This document shows positions 10,204 to 18,551 of a stretch of DNA of 64,000 bases, one piece after another. The notes below the pieces were generated by a model. It searched no databases. It worked only from the letters and a program-made list of their open reading frames with translations, and was not told where the DNA came from. The position numbers and the translations under genes were made by a program. The DNA comes from an uncultured Actinomycetes bacterium (GTDB lineage: Bacteria > Actinomycetota > Thermoleophilia > Solirubrobacterales > 70-9). The stretch lies in contig CAWHSV010000008.1 of NCBI GenBank assembly GCA_963832065.1, positions 80,671-144,670 on the forward strand, written 5' to 3'. Each line of letters begins with the position of its first letter. Position 1 is the stretch's first letter.

Positions 10204-11764
10204 GGTCCCGCCTCCGCAGTTGCAGAGCCTGTGCCATCTGCTCGGGCCCAATCGTCTCGGCGCCCTCGAGGTCGGCGATCGTCTGCGCCAGCCGCAACGC
10301 CCGGTCGTGGGCGCGGCCGCTGAGCCGCTGCCGCGCGTACAGCTCCGCCAGCAGGGCGGCCGCCTCGTTGTCGAGCGCGCATTCCCGCGCCTCGCCCGGA
10401 GTCATTTCGGCGTTGCAGCGGCCAGGGCCGAGCCGTCGCTCCTGCCGCTCCCGCGCGGCGGCGACCCGCTCCCGCACATCCGCCGAGGGCTCCCCCGGCT
10501 CGCCGCCGATCTCGGCGGCGCTCGGCTGTCGCACGGCGGCGAGGATGTCGATGCGATCGGCGAGGGCGCCGCTGAGCCGCCCTTGGTAACGCTGCACCGC
10601 GATCGGCGCACAGCTGCAGTCCGGATCGGCTTCGCCACGACCGCAGGGACAGGGATTGGCGGCGGCGACAAGCATGAAACGGCAGGGCAAAGTGCGGCGG
10701 CTCGAAGCGCGGGCGATCGAGACCTCACCCGTCTCCAGCGGCGCCCGCAGCGCCTCCAGCGCGTCGCGGCGGAACTCACAGAGCTCGTCGAGGAAGAGGA
10801 CGCCGCGATGGGCGAGCGTCGCCTCCCCGGGGCGCGGCGGGCTGCCGCCGCCGATCAGGCCCGCCGGGCTGATCGTGTGGTGCGGCGCCCGGAACGGCCG
10901 GCCGCCGGCCAGCGACTCGCCCAGCCGCCCGCAGGCGCTGGCGATGCGCGCCACCTCCAGCGCCTCGACGTTTGCCAGGGGCGGCAGGATCGAGGGCAGG
11001 CGACTGGCCGCAAGCGACTTGCCGGCCCCGGGCGGTCCGATCATCAGCAGGCTGTGACCGCCGGCGGCGGCGACCTCGAGCGCGTGCCGCAGGTGGGGCT
11101 GGCCGCGCAGGTCGGCGAGGTCGGGTCCGTCGGTGCTGCCCAGCTGCAGCGGCAGCGCCTGCGGGCGCTCCGGCTCGGACTCGCCGGCGACCAGGGCGGG
11201 CAGGTGGCCGAGGCTGTCGAGCGGGATCACGTCGATTCCCGTTGCCAGAGCGGCCTCGGGACCGTTTTCGGCCGGCACGACGATCGCCTCGGCGCCGCCC
11301 TCCCGCGCCGCCTCGGCGATCGCCAAGACTCCGTTGACCGGCCGCGTCGAGCCATCCAGGGCCAGCTCGCCGACCATCGCCACCCGCGACAGTAGCTCCC
11401 ACTCGAGCTGACCGGAGGCGCTGAGCAGCGCCGAGGCGATCGCCAGGTCCATCCCCGGACCCGCCTTGCGCAGGCTGGCCGGCGCCAGATTGACGACGAT
11501 CCGTCGCAGCGGGAACTCGAAGTCGCAGTTGACCAGCGCCGCCCGCACCCGCTCGCGCGCCTCCCTCACCGCCGCGTCCGGGAGGCCGACGATCGCGAAG
11601 TTGGGCAGGCCACGGTGGACGTCCACCTCGACCCGGACCGGGCGGGCGGAGATGCCATCGAGGGTGAAGGTTCGGGCCGTGGCGAGCACGACGAGGACGC
11701 TAGAAGGCGGCGGCGCACGTGTTACGAGGGGTTCGTGTCGAAGTTGGAACTTCTTGCGCGCCAT
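10196..11764 (-). CDS. comM: YifB/ComM family Mg-chelatase-like AAA ATPase
   Basis: Intact ORF with a Lon-protease-like N-domain, Walker A MIGPPGAGKSLAA, and GVLFLDELCEF. An alternative GTG start at 11689 gives the usual (M)LATARTF N-terminus. Confidence 0.85.
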   Translation of the reverse strand: MARKKFQLRHEPLVTRAPPPSSVLVVLATARTFTLDGISARPVRVEVDVHRGLPNFAIVGLPDAAVREARERVRAALVNCDFEFPLRRIVVNLAPASLRKAGPGMDLAIASALLSASGQLEWELLSRVAMVGELALDGSTRPVNGVLAIAEAAREGGAEAIVVPAENGPEAALATGIDVIPLDSLGHLPALVAGESEPERPQALPLQLGSTDGPDLADLRGQPHLRHALEVAAAGGHSLLMIGPPGAGKSLAASRLPSILPPLANVEALEVARIASACGRLGESLAGGRPFRAPHHTISPAGLIGGGSPPRPGEATLAHRGVLFLDELCEFRRDALEALRAPLETGEVSIARASSRRTLPCRFMLVAAANPCPCGRGEADPDCSCAPIAVQRYQGRLSGALADRIDILAAVRQPSAAEIGGEPGEPSADVRERVAAARERQERRLGPGRCNAEMTPGEARECALDNEAAALLAELYARQRLSGRAHDRALRLAQTIADLEGAETIGPEQMAQALQLRRRDRG

Positions 11765-11796
11765 AAGCGCGATCCGGGCCCCTAGCGTCTGCTGCG

Positions 11797-12174
11797 ATGA
11801 CCGTCGCCCGTCAGAGAACCGGTCAGCGGGCGGAGGAGCTGGTCGCCCGCCGGCTCGCCGCCGCCGGCTGGGAGATCGTCGAGCGCAACGCCCGCACCCG
11901 CCACGGCGAGCTCGACATCGTCGCCCTCGACGGCCGTGCCCTCGTCTTCGTCGAGGTCAAGGCCGGACGTGCCGGCGCGGCCTTCGGCCCCGAGCGGCCG
12001 ATCCTCGCCGTCGATGCCCGCAAGCAGCGCCGCGTCCGCAAACTGGCCACCGCCTGGATGGCGGAGTGCCGCGCGCTCCCCCGCTACGCCGAGATCCGCT
12101 TCGACGCCGTCGGCGTCACCTTCGATCGCGCCGGGCGGGCAATCGACGTCGAGCACATCCAGGCGGCGTTCTGA
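11797..12174 (+). CDS. yraN: YraN family (UPF0102) endonuclease-like protein
   Basis: Intact 125-aa ORF: GQRAEELVARRLAAAGWEIVERNAR..GELDIVALDG..LVFVEVK. It is on the opposite strand to all of its neighbours. Confidence 0.8.
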   Translation: MTVARQRTGQRAEELVARRLAAAGWEIVERNARTRHGELDIVALDGRALVFVEVKAGRAGAAFGPERPILAVDARKQRRVRKLATAWMAECRALPRYAEIRFDAVGVTFDRAGRAIDVEHIQAAF

Positions 12175-12188
12175 GCTACGGGGTCGCG

Positions 12189-12273
12189 CGCCTGACCAAG
12201 CAGGTCAAGGACGGGCGAGGGAGTGTGCTCCGCACACGACCGAACGAGGACGCCGAGATGCGCCGGTCAGGCG
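12189..12273. repeat. Structured palindromic element, family P3, copy B
   Basis: Outer stem cgcctgacc (12189-12197) pairs with ggtcaggcg (12265-12273). Central hairpin gtgtgc-tcc-gcacac (12223-12237) shows a compensatory change relative to copy A. The right arm contains the rnhB stop codon. Confidence 0.6.
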
Positions 12274-13037
12274 AGTCCGAGCTGGGTGTACGCGACCGAT
12301 TGGAAGGAGCGGCGGTGCAGTGGCGAGATGCCGATCTGCTCGATCGCGGCCCGGTGCTCCGGCGTCGAGTAGCCGACGTGCTCGTCGAAGCCCCAGCCCG
12401 GGTGCTCGTCGGCGGCGCGGCGCATGTAGCGGTCGCGGGTGACCTTGGCGATGACCGAGGCGGCGGCGATCGCGGCGCTGGTCCCGTCGCCTTCGATCAC
12501 CGCCCGGTGCGGGATGGCGCAGCGCGGCAGCGGGAAGCCGTCCGAGAGGCAGGTCGCCTCGGCCGGTGGGCGCAGCCGCTCGAGCGCCACCGAGAGGGCT
12601 TCGATGTTGGTCACGTGCAGGCCACGGCGGTCGATGCCGGCGGCGGAGCGCACGACGACGCTGACCCGCGTGGCCGCCCGCAGCACGCAGGGGTACATCT
12701 CCAGCCGCCGCTCCTCGGTCATCTGCTTGGAGTCGTGCAGGCCGCCGAGCAGGCGGCGGTCGGAGTGGGAGAGCAGCTCGTAGTCGATCAGCACCGCGGC
12801 GGCTACCAGCGGCCCGGCGAGGCAGCCGCGGCCGGCCTCGTCGGCGCCGGCGACGTAGCGGCTCTGCAGGCCGCGGTCGAAGGCGAACAGGCGGCGGCTG
12901 CGCGCCAGCCTGCGGCGGTGGGTGGCGGGCCTAGAAGATGCCGATGCGGTCGAGTGGCCAGTAGGTGGCAAAGGCCTCACCGATGATCCAGTCGCGCGGG
13001 ACAGGTCCCCAGAAGCGGCTGTCGTCGCTTGCTCCAC
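12267..13037 (-). CDS. rnhB: Ribonuclease HII
   Basis: The ORF contains VAGADEAGRGCLAGPLVAAAV...DSKQ...ASVIAKVTRD. The start is uncertain: the annotated ATG overlaps lepB by 107 nt, and no ATG/GTG/TTG lies after the lepB stop. Confidence 0.8.
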   Translation of the reverse strand: MEQATTAASGDLSRATGSSVRPLPPTGHSTASASSRPATHRRRLARSRRLFAFDRGLQSRYVAGADEAGRGCLAGPLVAAAVLIDYELLSHSDRRLLGGLHDSKQMTEERRLEMYPCVLRAATRVSVVVRSAAGIDRRGLHVTNIEALSVALERLRPPAEATCLSDGFPLPRCAIPHRAVIEGDGTSAAIAAASVIAKVTRDRYMRRAADEHPGWGFDEHVGYSTPEHRAAIEQIGISPLHRRSFQSVAYTQLGLA

Positions 13038-13500
13038 GGTTGTCGCCCATCATGAAGTAGTGGTCGGGTGGAATCGTGATCGTCCGCGGCATGTTGCAAG
13101 CGGCGGCGTTCCCGCAGGGGATGATGTACGACTCGTCGCTCTTCTCTTTCCCGTTGACGACCGGGTGGCCGTCTTTAACCGAGAACGTGTCTCCGGGCCC
13201 GGCGACGATCCGCTTGATGAAGTTCTGGCTCGACTGGCTTTTGGTCGGCGTCGAGCAGGGTTCCCCCGGTTTGGGCTGGATGCCGCATTCGGTGCCATTG
13301 TCGGCCCCGGCCGGGGGGTGGAAGACGACGATGTCGCCCGGCGAAGGGTCGTTGAGGTGGTAGATGAAGCGGTTGACGAGGACCCGCTGGCCAACGTCGA
13401 GCGTCGGCTCCATCGATTCGGAGGGGATCTGGTACGGCTTGATCAGCCAGGCCTGGATCGCCAGCGCCAGCCCCAGGGCCAGCGCCACGATGACGACCAA
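12931..13500 (-). CDS. lepB: Signal peptidase I
   Basis: A TM helix is followed by IPSESMEPTL, KRIVAGPGD and MMGDNRGASDDSRFWGPV. Confidence 0.85.
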   Translation of the reverse strand: MVVIVALALGLALAIQAWLIKPYQIPSESMEPTLDVGQRVLVNRFIYHLNDPSPGDIVVFHPPAGADNGTECGIQPKPGEPCSTPTKSQSSQNFIKRIVAGPGDTFSVKDGHPVVNGKEKSDESYIIPCGNAAACNMPRTITIPPDHYFMMGDNRGASDDSRFWGPVPRDWIIGEAFATYWPLDRIGIF

Positions 13501-13547
13501 CTCGACCAGCCCGCCGCCTTTGCCCTCCGGCTTCGGGATCAGGGGTT

Positions 13548-14252
13548 TCAGGCCGGATCCTCGTCGGAGTCGCCGGCCTTTTCCGGCTCCTCGTCCTCGG
13601 CATCCTCTGACGCTGCGCTGTCCTCGGTCTCCCCGGCCGCGGGCGCCTCTGCGTCCGCCTCCGCCGCTGCCTCAGTCTCTGCCTCCGCCTCGGGTTGCTC
13701 GCCGGCCTCCGCCCCTGGCTCTGGCTCGGGCTCGGGCTCGGGCTGCTCGTCCGCCGTCGCCTCGGCCTCGGTCGCCTCCGCCTCAGCCTCGGCTTCGCTC
13801 GCCTCGGCCTCGGTCGGCACGACCTCGTCCTGGCTGACGCCCTCGGCATCGGTCGCGACGGGCTCGGCGGCGCCGGCGGGAGCGGAGACGACGTCGTCGT
13901 CGATGCCCCAGCGCCGCTCGGCGACGCGGGCGGCCTTGCCGATCCGGCCCCGCAGGTAGTAGAGCTTGGCCCGGCGCACGTCGCCGCGCGCCGCCACCTC
14001 GAGTTTCTCGATCTTCGGCGAGTGCAGGGGGAACGTCCGCTCGACGCCGACGCCGAACGACTGCTTGCGGACGGTGAAGGTCTCGCGCACGCCTGAGCCC
14101 TGGCGCCGCAGCACGACGCCCTCGAAGACCTGGGTGCGCTTGCGACTGCCCTCGATCACCTGGAAGTGGACGCGGACACGGTCGCCGGGACTGAACGGGG
14201 GAAGTCCCCCCTTCAGCTGGGCGCGCTCGATGCTGTCGATTACGGAGCTCAT
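13548..14252 (-). CDS. rplS: 50S ribosomal protein L19 with a ~115-aa acidic low-complexity C-terminal extension
   Basis: The N-terminal 115 aa match L19 ([28 protein letters not shown]...RRAKLYYLR). The remainder is an E/A/P/D-rich tail that includes EPEPEPEP. Confidence 0.9.
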   Translation of the reverse strand: MSSVIDSIERAQLKGGLPPFSPGDRVRVHFQVIEGSRKRTQVFEGVVLRRQGSGVRETFTVRKQSFGVGVERTFPLHSPKIEKLEVAARGDVRRAKLYYLRGRIGKAARVAERRWGIDDDVVSAPAGAAEPVATDAEGVSQDEVVPTEAEASEAEAEAEATEAEATADEQPEPEPEPEPGAEAGEQPEAEAETEAAAEADAEAPAAGETEDSAASEDAEDEEPEKAGDSDEDPA

Positions 14253-14310
14253 TTGTGCGAGAAAAAACCGCCGGACCCAGTGCGGGAACCGCGCGGTGGC
14301 GGAATGGTAG

Positions 14311-14988
14311 CTACTCGGCGTCCGACTGGAGGTGCTCGGCCCGGGCGCGGCTCTGCTCGAGGCGCCACTGGCGCACCTTCTCGTGGTCGCCGGAGAGCAG
14401 GATCTCCGGCACCTCCCAGCCGCGGTGAATCGGCGGCCGGGTGTAGTGCGGATACTCCGGCATCCCCTCCAGCACCTGGCTGAACGACTCCTCGGCAGCG
14501 CTGTCCTCGTGACCGAGCGCCCCCGGCAGCTTCCGCATCAGCACGTCGGCGACGACCATCGCGGGCAGCTCGCCCCCAGCCAGCACGTAACGCCCAATCG
14601 AGAGCTCGTCGTCGGCGAGATGCTGGTGCACCCTGTCGTCGAACCCCTCGTATCGCCCACACAGCAGCGCCACATGCGGTTCCGCGGTCAACTCGTCGGC
14701 GATCGCGTCGTTCAGCAGCGGCCCCGTCGGCGAGAGCAAGACGACCCGCGGCCGTCCCCCTTCTCCGTAGGCAGCCTGCAGCGCGGCATCGACGACATCG
14801 ACCCGCAACACCATCCCCGCCCCGCCCCCATACGGCGAGTCGTCCACCTGCCCGGCCGTCAGCGGCGTCGTGTCCCGGTAGTTGAACATTCGCAGCTCAT
14901 TCCCCTGCGCGACCGCATTCTCCACCGATCTCTGACCACGAAACCAGTCGAACGCCTCGGGAAACAAGGTGAATATGTCCAGCTTCAT
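14311..14988 (-). CDS. trmD: tRNA (guanine37-N1)-methyltransferase
   Basis: The internal ATG at 14988 gives [13 protein letters not shown]... with YGGGAGMV and [16 protein letters not shown]. The ORF-track start at 15105 runs into a palindromic element. Confidence 0.9.
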   Translation of the reverse strand: MKLDIFTLFPEAFDWFRGQRSVENAVAQGNELRMFNYRDTTPLTAGQVDDSPYGGGAGMVLRVDVVDAALQAAYGEGGRPRVVLLSPTGPLLNDAIADELTAEPHVALLCGRYEGFDDRVHQHLADDELSIGRYVLAGGELPAMVVADVLMRKLPGALGHEDSAAEESFSQVLEGMPEYPHYTRPPIHRGWEVPEILLSGDHEKVRQWRLEQSRARAEHLQSDAE

Positions 14989-15034
14989 CGCGCCACCGGT
15001 TCGGTCGATTGTCTGTCGAAATTCATGAGCGCGA

Positions 15035-15153
15035 GTCGGGCGGAGTCCGGGTAGGGCTGGAGCGTCTTGTACTTTTTCGCCGCCGCGACCCTCGGACGGC
15101 CGCACCCACTCCTCGAAAAAGTTAAGCGAAGCCCTACCCGGACTCCGCCCGAC
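15035..15153. repeat. Structured palindromic element, family P1, copy 1
   Basis: Perfect 24-bp outer stem (15035-15058 pairs with 15130-15153). Inner stem is actttttcg/cgaaaaagt. The apical 15-mer cctcggacggccgca is shared with 24720-24836 in reverse orientation. Confidence 0.65.
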
Positions 15154-15160
15154 CCCACCC

Positions 15161-15391
15161 TCAATCGAGAATGTCGACGATCACCCGGCGATCGACCCGC
15201 ACGGCCGCCGCCTTGGCGATCGTCCTGATCGCGTTCGCCACCCGCCCGCCTTTGCCGATCACCCGCCCCAGATCGCCGTCGGCGACGGTCACCTCGTAGA
15301 CGAGATCGCCGTCCTCTTCCAGCTCCTCCACCTCGACCTTGTCCGGCTCCTCGACCAGAGCCCTGACGAGGAACTCGATCAGCTCGGTCAT
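15161..15391 (-). CDS. KH-domain RNA-binding protein (YlqC/UPF0109 family)
   Basis: 76-aa ORF with the GxxG motif (VIGKGGRVANAIRTI), in the conserved position after rpsP. Confidence 0.8.
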   Translation of the reverse strand: MTELIEFLVRALVEEPDKVEVEELEEDGDLVYEVTVADGDLGRVIGKGGRVANAIRTIAKAAAVRVDRRVIVDILD

Positions 15392-15398
15392 CGCGGGC

Positions 15399-15653
15399 CT
15401 AGCTGCCGGAGGCGGCGATGCCCTTGGTGCGCAGCAGGCCGGCGACCGTCTCCGAGGGCTGGGCGCCGTGCTCGAGCCAGTGGCGCGCGCGCTCCTCGTC
15501 GAACTCGATCAGCGACGGATTGGTCTGCGGGTTGTACTGGCCGATCGTCTCGATCGTGCGCCCGTCGCGCGGCGAGCGTTTGTCGGCGACGACGATCCGC
15601 CAGATCGGGTTCTTTTTCGAACCCACCCTTCTAAGTCTGATTCTGACTGCCAT
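15399..15653 (-). CDS. rpsP: 30S ribosomal protein S16
   Basis: The internal ATG at 15653 gives MAVRIRLRRVGSKKNPIWRIVVADKRSPRDGR.IE.IG.YNP (84 aa). This is the tail of ORF-track 15399..16574. Confidence 0.9.
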   Translation of the reverse strand: MAVRIRLRRVGSKKNPIWRIVVADKRSPRDGRTIETIGQYNPQTNPSLIEFDEERARHWLEHGAQPSETVAGLLRTKGIAASGS

Positions 15654-15724
15654 AGGACGCGGCAGGTTACAGGACTCGCCCGGGATGCCGGACGCGAAGC
15701 GGAGACATGCCGGTCGACGGGGAG

Positions 15725-17089
15725 CTAACGCCTGCGGACCTTCGGGCGCGGCGCCCCGCCGCTCATCTGCGCCAGCTGCTGCATATCGGGCATCTTGCCG
15801 CCGACCATCGAGCGCATCATCTTGCGCATCTGGTCGAACTGCTTGATCAGCTGCTTGACCTGCTGAACTTTCGTCCCCGAGCCGTTGGCGATGCGTTTGC
15901 GGCGGGAGCCGTTGATCAGCGCCGGATTGGCGCGCTCGGCCGGCGTCATCGAGAGGATGATCGCCTCGACGCGGTCCAGCTCGCCCTCGTCGACGTCGGC
16001 GTTCTTCAGCTGTTTCATCGCGCCCATGCCGGGCAGCATCCCGATCAGGCCGCTCAGCGGGCCCATTTTCCGCACCTGCCGCATCTGCGTGAGGAAGTCC
16101 TCGAGCGTGAACTGGTCCTTTTCGAGCTTCTTCTGCAGGTCCTCGGCCTGCTGCTCGTCGACCTGCTGCTCGGCTTTCTCTATCAGGCTGAGGACGTCGC
16201 CCATGCCGAGGATGCGCTGCGCCATCCGGTCGGGGTGGAACTTGTCGAAGTCCTCGAGCTTCTCGCCGGTCGAGGCGAAGAGGATCGGCTTGCCGGTGAC
16301 CGCGTTGACCGAGAGCGCGGCGCCACCGCGGGCGTCGCCGTCGAGCTTGGTCATCACCACGCCGTCGAACTCGGCCGCCTCGGCGAAGGACTCGGCGACG
16401 CCGACGGCGTCCTGTCCGGTCATCGCGTCGACCACGAGGAGGACGTCGTGCGGCTTGGTCTTCTTGCGGATCCGCGCCAGCTCGGCCATCAGCTCCTGGT
16501 CGATGTGGAGGCGGCCGGCGGTGTCGACGATCAGCACGTCCCGGCGCTCCTCGCGCGCGCGCTGCAGCGCCCACTCGGCGATCTCGACCGGGTCGGCGTC
16601 GGTCCCCTGCTGGTAGACGTGGGCGCCGGCGCGCTTGCCGACCGCGACCAGCTGGTCGACGGCGGCGGGGCGGTAGACGTCGCAGGCGGCGAGCGCCACG
16701 TCCTTTCCCTCCTTGCCGAAGAACTGGGCGAGCTTGGCGCAGGCGGTCGTCTTGCCGGAGCCCTGCAGGCCGGCCATCAGGATTACGGTCGGGCCGCTGG
16801 AGGCCATCGCCAGCTCCCGGCCGCTGCCGCCCATCAACCCGGCCAGCTCCTCGTTGACGATCTTGACCACGTGCTGGCCGGGGTCGAGGCTCTCCAGCAC
16901 CTCGTCGCCGAGACAGCGCTCCTTCAGCGTCTTCGTGAACGATTTGACGACCTTGAAGTTGACGTCGGCCTCGAGCAGGGCGAGGCGGATCTCGCGCATC
17001 GCCGCGTCGACGTCGGACTCGCTCAGCTTGCCGCGCGAGCGAACGTCCGAGAGGGTCGACTGGAGACGGTCAGAGAGCTGGTCGAACAT
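15725..17089 (-). CDS. ffh: Signal recognition particle protein Ffh
   Basis: Intact 454-aa ORF with GLQGSGKTT, DTAGRL, TKLDGDARGG, and a Met-rich M domain. Confidence 0.95.
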   Translation of the reverse strand: MFDQLSDRLQSTLSDVRSRGKLSESDVDAAMREIRLALLEADVNFKVVKSFTKTLKERCLGDEVLESLDPGQHVVKIVNEELAGLMGGSGRELAMASSGPTVILMAGLQGSGKTTACAKLAQFFGKEGKDVALAACDVYRPAAVDQLVAVGKRAGAHVYQQGTDADPVEIAEWALQRAREERRDVLIVDTAGRLHIDQELMAELARIRKKTKPHDVLLVVDAMTGQDAVGVAESFAEAAEFDGVVMTKLDGDARGGAALSVNAVTGKPILFASTGEKLEDFDKFHPDRMAQRILGMGDVLSLIEKAEQQVDEQQAEDLQKKLEKDQFTLEDFLTQMRQVRKMGPLSGLIGMLPGMGAMKQLKNADVDEGELDRVEAIILSMTPAERANPALINGSRRKRIANGSGTKVQQVKQLIKQFDQMRKMMRSMVGGKMPDMQQLAQMSGGAPRPKVRRR

Positions 17090-17117
17090 GGGTCGCCCAG
17101 CTTAGAGGGCCGCCGGA

Positions 17118-17265
17118 GGAGGGATCCGGTGGTCCCGTGGGCGAATTGAGTCGCGCGCGCTACGCGCGCCGCTCCGGATGTCGCTGCTCGCCTATGGCGA
17201 GCAGGAACCAGATTGCATTTCGCCGCCTTCGGCGACATTCGCCCACGGGACCGCCGGATCCCTCC
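17118..17265. repeat. Structured palindromic element (candidate ncRNA), family P2, copy 1
   Basis: A 29-bp closing stem (17118-17146 pairs with 17237-17265, one T-G pair) encloses three hairpins at 17153-17169, 17184-17204 and 17220-17235. Its reverse complement is homologous to copy 2. Confidence 0.6.
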
Positions 17266-17392
17266 ATCGACACTCCGTCTCAGGACGGCGAACGCTCAGC
17301 TTTTAGGAGGGCCGAGGGTCCGGGCCGCTAACACTGCTGCTGCGAACTGCGGCCCCAGGGTGAACAGCTCCCAACCTCGGTGAGCGCTCGTT

Positions 17393-17543
17393 GGGAGGGT
17401 GGTGGCGCCCCTCCGCGGGAATGTGGCCGAAAGGCCGCGATATGCAATCTGTCTCTTGCCCGCCATAGGCGGGCAGCAACATTCGGAGCAGCCCGCGATA
17501 GCGGGCGCGACAAATTCCCGCGGAGGGGCGCCAGCACCCTCCC
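17393..17543. repeat. Structured palindromic element (candidate ncRNA), family P2, copy 2
   Basis: A 30-bp closing stem (17393-17422 pairs with 17514-17543, one mismatch) encloses hairpins at 17423-17438 (GAAA loop), 17455-17476 and 17491-17506 (GATA loop). Confidence 0.6.
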
Positions 17544-17549
17544 CCACGC

Positions 17550-18551
17550 CTACTCAGCAAGCAACGCCGCCGCGTACTCGGCGGGGTCGAAGGGGCGCAG
17601 GTCCTCCAAGGTCTCGCCGACGCCGATCAGTTTCACCGGGATGCCGAGGTCGGCGGCGATCGCCAGGGCGATGCCGCCCTTGGCGGTGCCGTCGAGCTTG
17701 GTCAGGACGACGCCGTCGACGTCGACCGCCTCGGAGAAGACCTTGGCCTGGCGCAGCCCGTTCTGGCCGGTGGTGGCGTCGATCGAGATCAGCGTCTCGT
17801 GCGGCGCCTCGGGAATCTGCTTGGCGATCACGCGCCGCACCTTGGCCAGCTCCTCCATCAGGTTGGCCTGGGTGTGAAGGCGGCCGGCGGTGTCGACGAT
17901 GACGACGTCGGCGCCGCGGGCGCGGGCGGCAGAGATCGCGTCGAAGGCGACCGAGCCGGGATCGGCGCCATCGTCGCCGCGGACGAGGTCGGCGCCGGCC
18001 CGCTGCGCCCACTCGGCCAGCTGCTCGGAGGCGGCGGCGCGGTAGGTGTCGCCGGCGGCGAGCACGACGGAGAGGCCCATCTCCCTGCTCAGGTGCCAGG
18101 CGATCTTGCCGATCGTCGTCGTCTTGCCGGTGCCGTTGACGCCGACCATCATCAGCACCGCCGGCTCGCCGCTGAGGTCGATCGGCGCCCGCCCGCTGGC
18201 GGCGACCTCGGCCAGGATCTCGATCAGGCGATCGCGCACGGCGGCGCCGTCGGCGGGCACGGCCCCGGAGTCGACCTCGTGCTCGAGCCGCTCGACCACC
18301 GCCGCGGTGGTCGGGGCGCCGGCGTCGGCGAGGATCAGCGCCTCCTCCAGCCGCTCCCAGGTCTCGTCGTCGATGCGTTCGAAGAGGCTGGCCGAGATCT
18401 CCTCGGTCAGCGCCTGGCGGCTTTTCGAGAGGCTCTCGCGCAGCCGCTTGAAGACGCCGCGGCGCTCGGGCTCGGCGGCCTCAGTCTCCGGCGAGGCGTT
18501 CGCGCTCGCGCGCGAACCGAGGTCGATCGTCTCCTGCCAGGTCGTTGCCAT
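17550..18551 (-). CDS. ftsY: Signal recognition particle receptor FtsY
   Basis: Intact 333-aa ORF with GVNGTGKTTT, DTAGRL and TKLDGTAKGG. Confidence 0.9.
   Translation of the reverse strand: MATTWQETIDLGSRASANASPETEAAEPERRGVFKRLRESLSKSRQALTEEISASLFERIDDETWERLEEALILADAGAPTTAAVVERLEHEVDSGAVPADGAAVRDRLIEILAEVAASGRAPIDLSGEPAVLMMVGVNGTGKTTTIGKIAWHLSREMGLSVVLAAGDTYRAAASEQLAEWAQRAGADLVRGDDGADPGSVAFDAISAARARGADVVIVDTAGRLHTQANLMEELAKVRRVIAKQIPEAPHETLISIDATTGQNGLRQAKVFSEAVDVDGVVLTKLDGTAKGGIALAIAADLGIPVKLIGVGETLEDLRPFDPAEYAAALLAE

Noticed and set aside
12931-13037. A 107-nt overlap between rnhB and lepB as a real feature.
   Set aside because: This more likely reflects an unresolved rnhB start, either a non-canonical start or a local indel. 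It is kept only as a caveat on the rnhB coordinates.
14262-14302. An intrinsic terminator or L19 leader upstream of rplS (a GC-rich segment followed by T6 on the minus strand).
   Set aside because: Only a 5-bp ccgcc/ggcgg closing pair, with no clean continuous stem. The T-run directly abuts the rplS start region. The evidence is too weak to call.
17118-17543. SRP RNA or 6S RNA, because of the location next to ffh/ftsY and the long closing stems.
   Set aside because: The conserved SRP domain IV sequence (GGUCCGGAAGGAAGCAGCC-like) is absent; only a weak cggagcagcc resemblance is present. Two inverted paralogous copies with different closing stems do not fit either RNA.
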